Source: an uncultured Candidatus Saccharibacteria bacterium | GTDB taxonomy: Bacteria > Patescibacteriota > Saccharimonadia > CAILAD01 > BJGX01 | Assembly: GCA_964552475.1 (NCBI GenBank) | Contig: CAZKFZ010000005.1 | Location: 6,224 to 70,223, forward strand | DNA length: 64,000 nucleotides | Direction of reading: 5' to 3' | Shown here: in pieces, positions 8,788-17,600 of the stretch | Layout of the letters: the number at the start of each line of letters is the position of its first letter | Position numbering within the stretch: position 1 is the first letter of the stretch | Translations under genes and position numbers: made by a program | Notes under the pieces: generated by a model | The model's input: only the letters and a program-made list of their open reading frames with translations | Told to the model about the DNA's origin: nothing | Database searches by the model: none

Positions 8788-10797
8788 ATGCCCAAAACAG
8801 ATAACAAACTCACTATCAAAGAAGTTTTGGCGACCAGTCGCCCAGTAAGTTGGATAAACACTGCTTTTCCTTTTTTGGTAGGATATTTGCTTGCTGCTCA
8901 AAGACTAAGTTTGCCTGGCTTAATAGGGTTTGGATATTTTCTGTTTTCTTACAATTTAATGCTTTATGGCGTAAACGATATATATGATTACGAATCAGAT
9001 ATTAAAAACCCTCGAAAGAATTCCATAGAAGGAGGTTTGCTTCTTAAGCAAAAGCACCGGAACCTATGGATAGCAATTGCAGTTATTAATTTACCTTTTG
9101 TGGTGTATTTTTTAGCTACCGGAACTACCACATCAAAGATACTATTTGTACTTATTATATTCTTTGCTTTCAGTTATAGCGCCAAGCCACTTCGTTTTAA
9201 AGAAGTTCCTTTTTTAGATTCAATAAACTCAGCATTACACTTTGTTTTGCCCTTTGTTTTCGGTCTTGCATATATGCAAAGTAATAACTACTATTGGCCA
9301 GCTGTAATTGCATTTTTAGCTTGGGGCATGGCGAGTCAAGCTTTTGGTGCAATACAAGATATTAAGCCAGATAGAGCCGCTAATATTAAATCAATTGCTA
9401 CAGTTATGGGTGCTAAGCGTACCAACATATTCGTCATTACACTCTACTTATTGTGTTGTGTACTGATTGCAGTGTTATACTTTCCGCTTGGCCTACTAGC
9501 TAGCGTGTTTTTGGGAATGTACGTCTTAAACGCTAGTTTTTTTATTAAATACAAATCCGATGCAAGATCATCACAATTTCATAGAGGTTGGCAAAATTTT
9601 ATGTGGCTTAATATGATAGTAGGGTTTTTTATTACCCAAATATTATTGTTTGCATTCGATCCGTTCGGTGTTAGGGAATATTTCATTGCATTAACTGGTT
9701 TTTTTCTATTAGTATTTTTCTTGATCCAACTTGGTTTAATAATATATAACCTAAGGGCTTTTGCTAGACCAAAGACAAAACGACTAAATGATTGGCCAAA
9801 AATTAGTATAATTATGCATGCTTATAATCAGGGTGATAATATATCTTCTACGCTCCTTTCACTTTTAGGTCAGCAATATCCTCAGTTCGAAATACTTTTT
9901 ACCGATCTAGGTTCGCAAGACAACACTCTAAGTATAGCCAAAGGATTTCAAGACCCAAGACTAAAGATAATAGAAACGAAACCACTTAAACCAAATTGGA
10001 CTCTTAACTCTTGGGTGTCTCAACAGTTGCTAGAAAAGTCGACAGGTGAAATAGTTTTGTTACTAAGTGCTGATACTATTCTATTGCCTAACGCTCTATC
10101 GGTAATGGCTAGTCTTATAGAGCAAGAAAAGTTAAGTTTAGTTTCGATATTACCATCAGACCAAAATAAAAGTTTTGCTCAACAAATTATACTGAGTCAA
10201 AACCATTACTTTATGCTTGGTCTATACCCTTCCGCTTATTTAGCAAAGGCTCACCCCAGGTCGGTTAATGCTAGTAGTAATATAACCGCCTTTGTGCGAT
10301 CGAGCGTATTAGCCCTTGGCGGTTTTGAACTTGTAAGAAAAAGTCCTTTGGAAGATTTCGACCTTGCGGCCGCCGCTAAGACAAGAGGTTTGAAAACTGG
10401 GTTCTATCTAGGATCAGACATGGCAATGAGCCAAAACCATGCTAGTTTAAGACTTATTGTGGCGCAAAACTTAAGACGTTTTTACCCAGCACTACACTTT
10501 TCTATGCCCTTAACAATCGCCTTAGTTTTATTTGGGTTGTTTGTCTTGGTCTTCCCAACTCTACTAATAAGCTACTTATTGCTATTTAATATTTACATAG
10601 GCTTATGGTTCTTAGCCTTGGCAATTGGACTTAGTTATATTAACCGATTAATTATTACTATAATTTCTCGTCAGAGTATTGTGTCTACGTTACTGTATCC
10701 TATTGGTTGCCTATGTTCATTTTATTTACTTGTTTACTCAATGATAAACTATGAAGTATTGAAGCCTAGGTGGCAAAATCGTAAAGAAGTGTTTTAG
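8788..10797 (+). CDS. Fusion protein. The N-terminal ~290 aa is a UbiA-family prenyltransferase (lycopene elongase CrtEb-like) and the C-terminal ~330 aa is a GT2 glycosyltransferase (CrtX/CrtQ-like) with a C-terminal TM anchor
   Basis: UbiA motifs NDIYDYESD (NDxxDxxxD) and QDIKPD (DxxxD) are present. The GT2 signature is ISIIMHAYNQGDNISSTLLSLLGQQYPQFEILFTDLGSQDNT, followed by hydrophobic C-terminal helices. The ORF track starts at 8761; ATG 8788 is the likely start. Confidence 0.7.
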   Translation: MPKTDNKLTIKEVLATSRPVSWINTAFPFLVGYLLAAQRLSLPGLIGFGYFLFSYNLMLYGVNDIYDYESDIKNPRKNSIEGGLLLKQKHRNLWIAIAVINLPFVVYFLATGTTTSKILFVLIIFFAFSYSAKPLRFKEVPFLDSINSALHFVLPFVFGLAYMQSNNYYWPAVIAFLAWGMASQAFGAIQDIKPDRAANIKSIATVMGAKRTNIFVITLYLLCCVLIAVLYFPLGLLASVFLGMYVLNASFFIKYKSDARSSQFHRGWQNFMWLNMIVGFFITQILLFAFDPFGVREYFIALTGFFLLVFFLIQLGLIIYNLRAFARPKTKRLNDWPKISIIMHAYNQGDNISSTLLSLLGQQYPQFEILFTDLGSQDNTLSIAKGFQDPRLKIIETKPLKPNWTLNSWVSQQLLEKSTGEIVLLLSADTILLPNALSVMASLIEQEKLSLVSILPSDQNKSFAQQIILSQNHYFMLGLYPSAYLAKAHPRSVNASSNITAFVRSSVLALGGFELVRKSPLEDFDLAAAAKTRGLKTGFYLGSDMAMSQNHASLRLIVAQNLRRFYPALHFSMPLTIALVLFGLFVLVFPTLLISYLLLFNIYIGLWFLALAIGLSYINRLIITIISRQSIVSTLLYPIGCLCSFYLLVYSMINYEVLKPRWQNRKEVF

Positions 10798-10821
10798 ATA
10801 TAAAAAAAATTTGTAACTTAT

Positions 10822-11577
10822 TTATTTAATTGATTCCTTCAGGGTAGTTTGAGCTTTCTGTATTGCAGAATTAAACTCTTCAATCATTTTAGATATCGTA
10901 CTTTGTCGCACATGTTGTGCAGTTTTAGTTGTAGAGACAATACTAGATTCTCCAAACGTGATAGATTGAATTATGTTTCGTGCATTTTGTAGATCGCTTT
11001 TTAACTCTTTACGTACGGCCGTGCCATTATTTCCTGCGTCACAACTTGATTGAGCCTTGACTAGTGAGGTAGAAACATAATTCTTATAAGCTGAAATAGC
11101 TAAGTCTATATTACTGTTGCGCTCAGAAATTATACCTATAACATCGTCATTGTAAGTATCGACAGCCTTGTCGACAGACGAGCGACGCTCGGCGATAGCC
11201 ATCTCTACACTGGTTTTAAAAACATTAATGGCTTGTTGTTGAGTATCTGTTTGAGACTTTTCGAGTAGTTTTGTATAGTGCTCCTGCCTATTACTGTCCC
11301 ACTTAGCTTGTATACTTGATATATCTTTGTCGCGTTTTGAAAAGATCTCGTTAAGTTCTTCTTTTTTAGCAACTCTGGTGTTATTTATACTAGTTATCTT
11401 TTGATCAATCTGACTATTTAGTCTTGAAGATATAGAGCTGAGTTGATTACAGAAAATATCATCAGTACCCTGTTGTGCCAAAGTAATTTGTGGACTAAAA
11501 ATACTGACAATAAATGTTAAAAATAACATAGTGGTAGATATAATAATTATAGGATTATGTTTATAGACTTGGGTCAT
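10822..11577 (-). CDS. Secreted or membrane-anchored coiled-coil protein of unknown function (signal peptide, cleavage near TLA-QQ)
   Basis: N-terminal hydrophobic segment followed by a Gln/Ser/Lys-rich helical region. Its start overlaps the stop of the upstream anti-sigma candidate by 17 nt. Confidence 0.5.
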   Translation of the reverse strand: MTQVYKHNPIIIISTTMLFLTFIVSIFSPQITLAQQGTDDIFCNQLSSISSRLNSQIDQKITSINNTRVAKKEELNEIFSKRDKDISSIQAKWDSNRQEHYTKLLEKSQTDTQQQAINVFKTSVEMAIAERRSSVDKAVDTYNDDVIGIISERNSNIDLAISAYKNYVSTSLVKAQSSCDAGNNGTAVRKELKSDLQNARNIIQSITFGESSIVSTTKTAQHVRQSTISKMIEEFNSAIQKAQTTLKESIK

Positions 11578-12034
11578 TGCTAATATCTCCTAATTGCTTG
11601 ATTTCGTTAGACACCTCTTGCACTACATTCTCTCCCTTAGTCATGGCTTGGTCGTTAATACTACTCTCATCGGCCAAGTCAGCACTAATGGAGTTGAAAG
11701 TATTCTCGATAGTACCATCTGGAGCAGATTGGCTTAGTTTGTTGGTGTTATTGTTATTGATATTGGAGTTATTATTCTTAAAGAAAAACACACCACCAAA
11801 TATCACTACCAACATAATAGTTGCAATAGGTATATATAACCTTAGTTGATTAAGTATTGGGTTATTTTTTGTTTCTGGTATTACACTTCTTGGGCTATTA
11901 TTTTCTTTATCTATTCTCTGAAGAGTATTATTAAGAAGGTGTCTCTTGTTAAATGAAAAGCCTTTCAACTCTTTTAGTTTCTTGGCATACTCTTCAGGAC
12001 TATTATTGCTCTTATTGTTATACATTTTATTCAT
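11561..12034 (-). CDS. Candidate anti-sigma factor. Single-pass membrane protein with a cytoplasmic N-terminus, one TM and an Asn-rich extracytoplasmic domain
   Basis: Immediately downstream of the ECF sigma gene and overlapping it. Topology is typical of ECF anti-sigma factors. The ORF track starts at 12100; MNKMYNN at 12034 is the likely start. Confidence 0.45.
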   Translation of the reverse strand: MNKMYNNKSNNSPEEYAKKLKELKGFSFNKRHLLNNTLQRIDKENNSPRSVIPETKNNPILNQLRLYIPIATIMLVVIFGGVFFFKNNNSNINNNNTNKLSQSAPDGTIENTFNSISADLADESSINDQAMTKGENVVQEVSNEIKQLGDISNDPSL

Positions 12035-12608
12035 TTTCTTGTTTAGAAACTTCTGATAGTGCCATTGTGGCTCTAGATAGTAACTTGCGGGTAGCAACAT
12101 CGCTTTTTCCGATTATCATAGCTATTTCTGCGCTAGATAAATTCTCCATATAACGAAGAATTAGGGCTTCTTGGTAGTTATTGGGTAATTTTTTTAAATT
12201 ACGATAAAGTTGTTTTATTTCTTCGGAATTTATAACGTCATCCTGAGGGTTTTGTGACTTATCTTCAAGAAGCAAAAGCACTTCTTCAGAGTTTTGTATT
12301 TTTGTTGCTTTTCTGCCTTTACTGCGATAAAAATCGACAATTACGCTTCGGGCAATACTAAATATATAGGCAGATGGCTGGTAGCCTTTATCTTGCCAAT
12401 TATGCAAATTTCTATAAAACTTAATAAAAACCTGCTGGGTAAGGTCGTCGGTCTCTTCGCTGTCACCCACCCTAATAAGAATATATCTATAAATAGGTGA
12501 AAAATACTCTTCATACAATTGTTCAAAAGCCGCCTCGTCACCACTTCTTGCTTTGGCAACTAGTGGTACAAAGTTATCGGGTTGTTCTTGGGGGTTTTGT
12601 GTAGTCAT
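12027..12608 (-). CDS. ECF-type (sigma-70 family group 4) RNA polymerase sigma factor
   Basis: A region 2 motif and a region 4 HTH-type segment (sequences in the ECF-module finding); 193 aa. Confidence 0.8.
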   Translation of the reverse strand: MTTQNPQEQPDNFVPLVAKARSGDEAAFEQLYEEYFSPIYRYILIRVGDSEETDDLTQQVFIKFYRNLHNWQDKGYQPSAYIFSIARSVIVDFYRSKGRKATKIQNSEEVLLLLEDKSQNPQDDVINSEEIKQLYRNLKKLPNNYQEALILRYMENLSSAEIAMIIGKSDVATRKLLSRATMALSEVSKQENE

Positions 12609-12701
12609 TATTTACTGCATTAGTATAGCATAATTAAAAAAATACATACTGAAACAACGTAAATGAACAATAAAAAGATTATTGGGTTCTACTATAAGAG
12701 T

Positions 12702-12956
12702 CTATAAACCCAAAATCTGAGCTTTTTTAGCTGAAAACTCTTCGTCAGTCAAGACACCATTGTCGTGTAGTTCACCAAGCTTTTCTAGTTGTTGAATTTG
12801 ATCATCACCACCTTGGACATTAGATTGTTGAGGAACCTGCTCGGCTTCTTCATTGGCCCATCTATTAGCTTGTCTACGACTAACGTTATTTGATACTGCA
12901 GTAGCTGTTCCGGCTATAACGGCAGTTCTAGCCATCCCTCTAAGTAATCCTGGCAT
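12702..12956 (-). CDS. SHOCT-domain protein
   Basis: C-terminal LEKLGELHDNGVLTDEEFSAKKAQILG matches the SHOCT short C-terminal domain pattern. Confidence 0.5.
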   Translation of the reverse strand: MPGLLRGMARTAVIAGTATAVSNNVSRRQANRWANEEAEQVPQQSNVQGGDDQIQQLEKLGELHDNGVLTDEEFSAKKAQILGL

Positions 12957-13381
12957 TATTTATCTCCTTTCTTATCTATCTCTTCGGCTGCGTCTGGATG
13001 TATGCGCCCTTCGACAATTAACTCGCCATTGGCATTAATAATAGCTTGTTTTAGACCTTTAGCCCAAAGTTGTTCAATTACAAGTAGGCCAACGGAACTA
13101 TTGTTATCTATAATGTCGCCTATTTCATCTATATCATCGGTAGTAATTAAGCCCGATTCAACCCTATTGGCCTTGGCAAAATTTACTATGCTAGTATCTT
13201 GCATATCGCTTAGCTCTATAGATGCTACCTCGCCGTTCTTATCTTTTGTCACCAAAGCAAGATCCAAAACTGCTATAGTTCCTTTTTTGACGACCTTAGA
13301 AAGTTCTTCTAATACTTCTCCGCTAAAGTTGTTATCTCTAAATTTAACAACAATATAATCAATAGGTCCGTGCATATTCAC
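12956..13381 (-). CDS. Hypothetical acidic protein (141 aa) whose stop overlaps the SHOCT gene start
   Basis: ORF only; stop/start overlap at 12956 with the SHOCT gene. I recognise no motif. Confidence 0.45.
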   Translation of the reverse strand: MNMHGPIDYIVVKFRDNNFSGEVLEELSKVVKKGTIAVLDLALVTKDKNGEVASIELSDMQDTSIVNFAKANRVESGLITTDDIDEIGDIIDNNSSVGLLVIEQLWAKGLKQAIINANGELIVEGRIHPDAAEEIDKKGDK

Positions 13382-13420
13382 TCCTTTTTCTTAGTTGTAT
13401 ATGTATTATATCATGCCAGT

Positions 13421-15034
13421 CTAACCAAGAGCTTTTGGTCCAGGCTTGTTGGCTGGTAACTTGATTGTGGCAAGCAAACCAAGACCACTTAGAACTGCTA
13501 GTAATATAAAGGTAGAGCTTAGGGCTTTTTGTCGTGCTTGAGCGTTAATATCTACCACTGCCTGAGACACCTCGGCCGGCTGATTGGCAGTAGCAGCTTC
13601 TATTTGAGTATTGCTAACTATCTGGGCTTGTGTAGAGTAAGCAGACTTAAGCTGATCTTTTTGAGCATTATTGAGCGTAGTGTTTTGGTTGATCGCGTTA
13701 GTGCTAGCAATTAGTAAAGTGCCTATCAACAAAACTCCACTAATAGCCGTACCAAAACTCATCCCCAGATTTTGGAAGGTAGCAAACAGGCCCGATGCCT
13801 CGGCCGAATCTTTAGTGGTTACTGCACTTTGCACTAGGTTTTGTAGTTGAGAAAATATTATACCAAGCCCAGAACCAATAAAAGCTAGTGATGGTACCAA
13901 TGCCCAGCCACTATTTGCAGAGTCAGCTCTTATGCCAAGCAGAATTGCGCCCAGCAGTACCAATACAAAACCTACTTGTACTATTTTTCTAGGAGCAAAC
14001 TTTGTAGACATTACCGACCCCCTACTAGCCAAAACTAGAATCATTAGAGATAGTGGCAACATGGTGACACCTGTTTTCATCGCATCGTAGCCTAATTCAA
14101 TCTGTAAAAATAGTGCTAAAGCATACATCGTTCCACCTAGCAAAAACTGTGTAGCAAATATAGAGCCGTTACCAGCATTAACTACACTATTTTTAAATAG
14201 CTCTAGGTGAATAAGCGGGAATAGTTTTTTGTTTTCACGATGTCTTTCCCATAGCACAAACAATCCAAGCGTGATTAATCCTATTAATATTAACCAAATA
14301 GTGGGAGAAATACCGCCGGCATTAATAATTACTTGCCCATTTATTGAAAAGTCTTGTCGGGCACGTAATAGCCCATAAGTGCTTGCATATAATATACCTT
14401 GCACAACCAAAGCCATGCCAGCCGCAATCAGCCCTACACCCAACCAATCTAGTTTTGGTTTAATCTTGTCGAGCTTAGAATCTACAATTATACCTTTTCT
14501 TAGTAAAATATACACCACAACTACCACTTCGGCGGCAAAAGCATAGCGCCAGCTAGCATAAGTGGTAAGAAAACCACCAATGAGTGGACCAATTCCAGCA
14601 CCAACTGCACCCATTGCGGCAACAGCACCATAGGCCTTCACTCTCCGGGTACCAGCTCCAAAGTTACTAGCAATAAGTGATATCATTGCAGGAATTATCA
14701 GAGCAGCACCCAAGCCCTCTAATAGCGACCAGCCAATCTTAAGAATGGTTATATTTGGCGCTAGAGCAGTTATTGCAGATCCGGTTCCATATATACAAAG
14801 ACCTATCACAAAAGCTTTTTTACGACCAATTATGTCACCTACTTTGGCTCCTGCAATCATAAAGGCGGCCATTACTAAGGTATAAAATGTAATTGCACTT
14901 TGCACACCGCTTATTGTGGTGTTTAAGTCTACCACTAACGTAGAAATAGATACATTCATTACGGTCGTATCTAGGGTTAGTATTAGCTGAGCCATTGCCA
15001 GCAATATGAGTATTTGTTTCTCTGTCTTTGTCAT
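13421..15034 (-). CDS. MFS transporter, DHA2 (14-TM drug:H+ antiporter, EmrB/QacA-like) family
   Basis: 537 aa with ~14 hydrophobic helices. MFS signatures GDIIGRKKAF and LEGLGAALIIPA. Confidence 0.8.
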   Translation of the reverse strand: MTKTEKQILILLAMAQLILTLDTTVMNVSISTLVVDLNTTISGVQSAITFYTLVMAAFMIAGAKVGDIIGRKKAFVIGLCIYGTGSAITALAPNITILKIGWSLLEGLGAALIIPAMISLIASNFGAGTRRVKAYGAVAAMGAVGAGIGPLIGGFLTTYASWRYAFAAEVVVVVYILLRKGIIVDSKLDKIKPKLDWLGVGLIAAGMALVVQGILYASTYGLLRARQDFSINGQVIINAGGISPTIWLILIGLITLGLFVLWERHRENKKLFPLIHLELFKNSVVNAGNGSIFATQFLLGGTMYALALFLQIELGYDAMKTGVTMLPLSLMILVLASRGSVMSTKFAPRKIVQVGFVLVLLGAILLGIRADSANSGWALVPSLAFIGSGLGIIFSQLQNLVQSAVTTKDSAEASGLFATFQNLGMSFGTAISGVLLIGTLLIASTNAINQNTTLNNAQKDQLKSAYSTQAQIVSNTQIEAATANQPAEVSQAVVDINAQARQKALSSTFILLAVLSGLGLLATIKLPANKPGPKALG

Positions 15035-15074
15035 TATCTGTTATTATAACCAACCTAAGTGGTTTATACAAAAA

Positions 15075-15440
15075 CTACTTGATGATTTTCTTTAGTTCTT
15101 TCTCGTGAGTTGCCATTTTTAAATTTAAATAACTCACTAGGGCGCTTACACCTGTAGCAAATAGTAGATAAAAAATAATTGCAAACAACGCACTTGCACT
15201 AAAATAGCCAGTTTCTCCTACTGGGTGGGTAGGAAAAATACCCCTAAATGGTTGTAAGAATTCATTGGCAATTTTATATACAAACTGCACAAACGGCGTA
15301 GTAGGATTAGCCGAAAACAAAAGGAAGAAAAACCCAAATGTTAAAGATACTATCGCAATCATCGTAAAACCATAAACAATATAGGTAATTACTCTACCTA
15401 TTTTAATAAATGTTAGTGTTGTATCGTTTTGTTGGGCCAT
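15075..15440 (-). CDS. Small membrane protein, YggT-like (2 TM)
   Basis: 121 aa, two TM segments, with a central LQPFRGIFP motif reminiscent of the YggT family. Confidence 0.4.
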   Translation of the reverse strand: MAQQNDTTLTFIKIGRVITYIVYGFTMIAIVSLTFGFFFLLFSANPTTPFVQFVYKIANEFLQPFRGIFPTHPVGETGYFSASALFAIIFYLLFATGVSALVSYLNLKMATHEKELKKIIK

Positions 15441-15456
15441 TTCATCTCCTTACTTA

Positions 15457-15792
15457 CTATTTATCTGAGTTTATTCTTCTTATTTCACGTTTTAAAACCG
15501 CTCGTCTAACAACTAAGTTTGCGAACGTAGCAATTATTCCAATACCTATTACTACGTAAAACATAATAAAAATCTTGCCTCCTGGCGTTGTTGGGGTGAT
15601 ATCTCCATAGCCTATAGTCGCGAGAGATATTGTACAAAAATAGAATGCGTCTAACCAACTTAGTTTTTGTACGTAATGAAAGAATATTGCGCCTACACTA
15701 AGTAAAGTAATTGCCGTGACACCAGCCATTCTGAACTGTTGAATAACGCCTTTGTATTCATCTAAGGTTTGTTGTTTGTAACTTTTGCTCAT
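15457..15792 (-). CDS. Minimal two-TM potassium channel (pore-only, KcsA-like)
   Basis: Carries the canonical K+ selectivity filter TIGYGD between two TM helices; 111 aa. Confidence 0.75.
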   Translation of the reverse strand: MSKSYKQQTLDEYKGVIQQFRMAGVTAITLLSVGAIFFHYVQKLSWLDAFYFCTISLATIGYGDITPTTPGGKIFIMFYVVIGIGIIATFANLVVRRAVLKREIRRINSDK

Positions 15793-15834
15793 TTTTTAAT
15801 ATTAACACTTATTTAGTTTTTTTATCAAAAACCT

Positions 15835-16533
15835 TTACTCACTATCTGGTGTTGATGCTACGCCGGCATCTTGTGCGTTAGGGCTCATAAATACCGAGTC
15901 GACTTGACCATTCTCATTAATAACAATTGCCACAATATAACCATCAGTTGACTGCCCCACAATAGCGTTGTCACCAAAGTACTGAGCATTATTCCCCTGT
16001 TGAAGTTGTTGAAGTTGATTAGCAGTTAGGTTCCAGTTCCATCCGCCAGTTGAGCTATTTAAATATCCAAGCGAGTCGAGCACTTGTTGCCTAGTTTGTT
16101 GCGATGTACTCGAGCCCGCTACTACCACTGTAGTGTTTTCACCAAGAAGCGATGTAATATCTTGATACTTCTTGCCATCAATAAGAGCTTGAATCTTTTT
16201 GCGCGTGTCTTCAGACACGGCACTGTCGGTAGAGCCAGGGTTCTTATTGTTTTTACCTATAAGATTGTTGTTCTTTTCTTCTGCTTGATTGAGCTTAGTT
16301 TGTAAATCTTTATTTTTACTATCGGCATCACTCAAACGTTTGTTGTAAATTGATGTCACAATAAAATAGGTTGCTATATTTGTTACCAAAACCACTATTA
16401 CTACTAAAATAACCCAATAAAGAGGTGGTATGTTAGGCAATACAGATGTGGTGTTTTTTCCACCTTTGCCTTTTAGAGAGTTATTTTTAGATTTGTCGTC
16501 TGTTCTGTTTGAGAGTGTGTAACGTTCTGGCAT
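15835..16533 (-). CDS. Single-pass membrane protein with extracellular coiled-coil and Gln-rich domain, unknown function
   Basis: ORF with one TM (WVILVVIVVLVTNIATYFIV) and a Lys/Asn-rich helical region. Confidence 0.5.
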   Translation of the reverse strand: MPERYTLSNRTDDKSKNNSLKGKGGKNTTSVLPNIPPLYWVILVVIVVLVTNIATYFIVTSIYNKRLSDADSKNKDLQTKLNQAEEKNNNLIGKNNKNPGSTDSAVSEDTRKKIQALIDGKKYQDITSLLGENTTVVVAGSSTSQQTRQQVLDSLGYLNSSTGGWNWNLTANQLQQLQQGNNAQYFGDNAIVGQSTDGYIVAIVINENGQVDSVFMSPNAQDAGVASTPDSE

Positions 16534-16574
16534 AAGTACTTTTGATTATGACAAAATATAGCTCAATAAGCAAC

Positions 16575-16599
16575 AAAAAGCCCCTCCTGGGGGCTTTTT
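16575..16599. terminator. Intrinsic terminator immediately 3' of the major pilin gene
   Basis: aaaaagcccctcctgggggcttttt: GC stem with a tetraloop, A-run and T-run flanks. Lies 24 nt after the pilin stop. Confidence 0.7.
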
Positions 16600-16622
16600 G
16601 AAGACCATTAGTCAGTTAATGA

Positions 16623-17081
16623 CTAACGAGTTACTGAAATTGTGGCGCCTTGTTCTGCATCTGGAGCAGAGACCACTAGTCTATTGTTAGCATCTTTTAC
16701 AATAGTATATTTGGTGTCGTTAGCTGTTGCAGTGCTAGGATCTTTTGGTATAGATACTAAGTATTTACCATTGGTAGTAAGTACAGCTAGGTCTGTAAGG
16801 CCAGTGCAAGTTCCGCCAGTTACACAGATATCGTTAGCTGGGGCTGTACCGGCTACTAGAATGCTTGCAGGTAAGTTACCATTGTTATCAATAGAGTACT
16901 GATAAGCAGCGTTAATAATAGTATTTACGTCGGCTCTACGCTGGGCATTACGTGTGTCAGCCAACTGCTTGGCAGGGTTAACCGCAAGTATAACAATACC
17001 AGCAAGAATTGCGATAATTGCAACTACTAGCAAAACTTCAATTAAGGTAAATCCTTTTTTACTTTTTAATAATTTGAACAT
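16623..17081 (-). CDS. pilA: Type IV major pilin (PilA-like)
   Basis: Class III signal MFKLLKSKKG/FTLIEVLLVVAIIAILAGIV with Gly-1, Phe+1 and Glu+5. 152 aa with a C-terminal Cys pair (CVTGGTCTG). Has its own terminator. Confidence 0.85.
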   Translation of the reverse strand: MFKLLKSKKGFTLIEVLLVVAIIAILAGIVILAVNPAKQLADTRNAQRRADVNTIINAAYQYSIDNNGNLPASILVAGTAPANDICVTGGTCTGLTDLAVLTTNGKYLVSIPKDPSTATANDTKYTIVKDANNRLVVSAPDAEQGATISVTR

Positions 17082-17174
17082 CTTTTTTTAACCTCTTTCT
17101 TTAGTAATTTTTACTTACTATCATATTAAAGTACTTATGCTTATTTTGCAATAGGCTTTTTTTATTTTTTTCAA

Positions 17175-17600
17175 TTAAGGAATTTCTTGCCAACTGTAGA
17201 TATTTAGAGTAGGTCCTACCCTGTTTAATGTGATATTTACACGCTTTTTAATATTTTTACCACTACCGTCTGCAACACCCACAGCATCGATCACATAATT
17301 GGGGCTAGTTCCGGTAATAGTATAATTGCATGTAGTCTTGTTTGTAGCGTCTATTGTATAGTTAGCACTAGATGGCGTAGTAAGCACAATATTTGCCTGT
17401 ATTGCAGCAAGGGCCAGTTCGGCGCAACCATCGGCGCCAGCCTTTGCTTGAGCAGATTGCTGAATGCTTAGGCTAGTTTTACTGGATGTGACGCCGGAAA
17501 AAAGTAGCAGCAAGCCCACAAGTGAGCCTATTGCTGCTATGGCAATTACAGTTATTAAAGTAATATAGCCCGATTGTTGATTGATATTTGGTGTATTCAT
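17175..17600 (-). CDS. Minor pilin-like protein (PilX-like; prepilin-like N-terminus lacking Glu+5)
   Basis: N-terminus QQSG/YITLITVIAIAAIGSLVG is hydrophobic and pilin-like, but has T at +5. Confidence 0.5.
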   Translation of the reverse strand: MNTPNINQQSGYITLITVIAIAAIGSLVGLLLLFSGVTSSKTSLSIQQSAQAKAGADGCAELALAAIQANIVLTTPSSANYTIDATNKTTCNYTITGTSPNYVIDAVGVADGSGKNIKKRVNITLNRVGPTLNIYSWQEIP

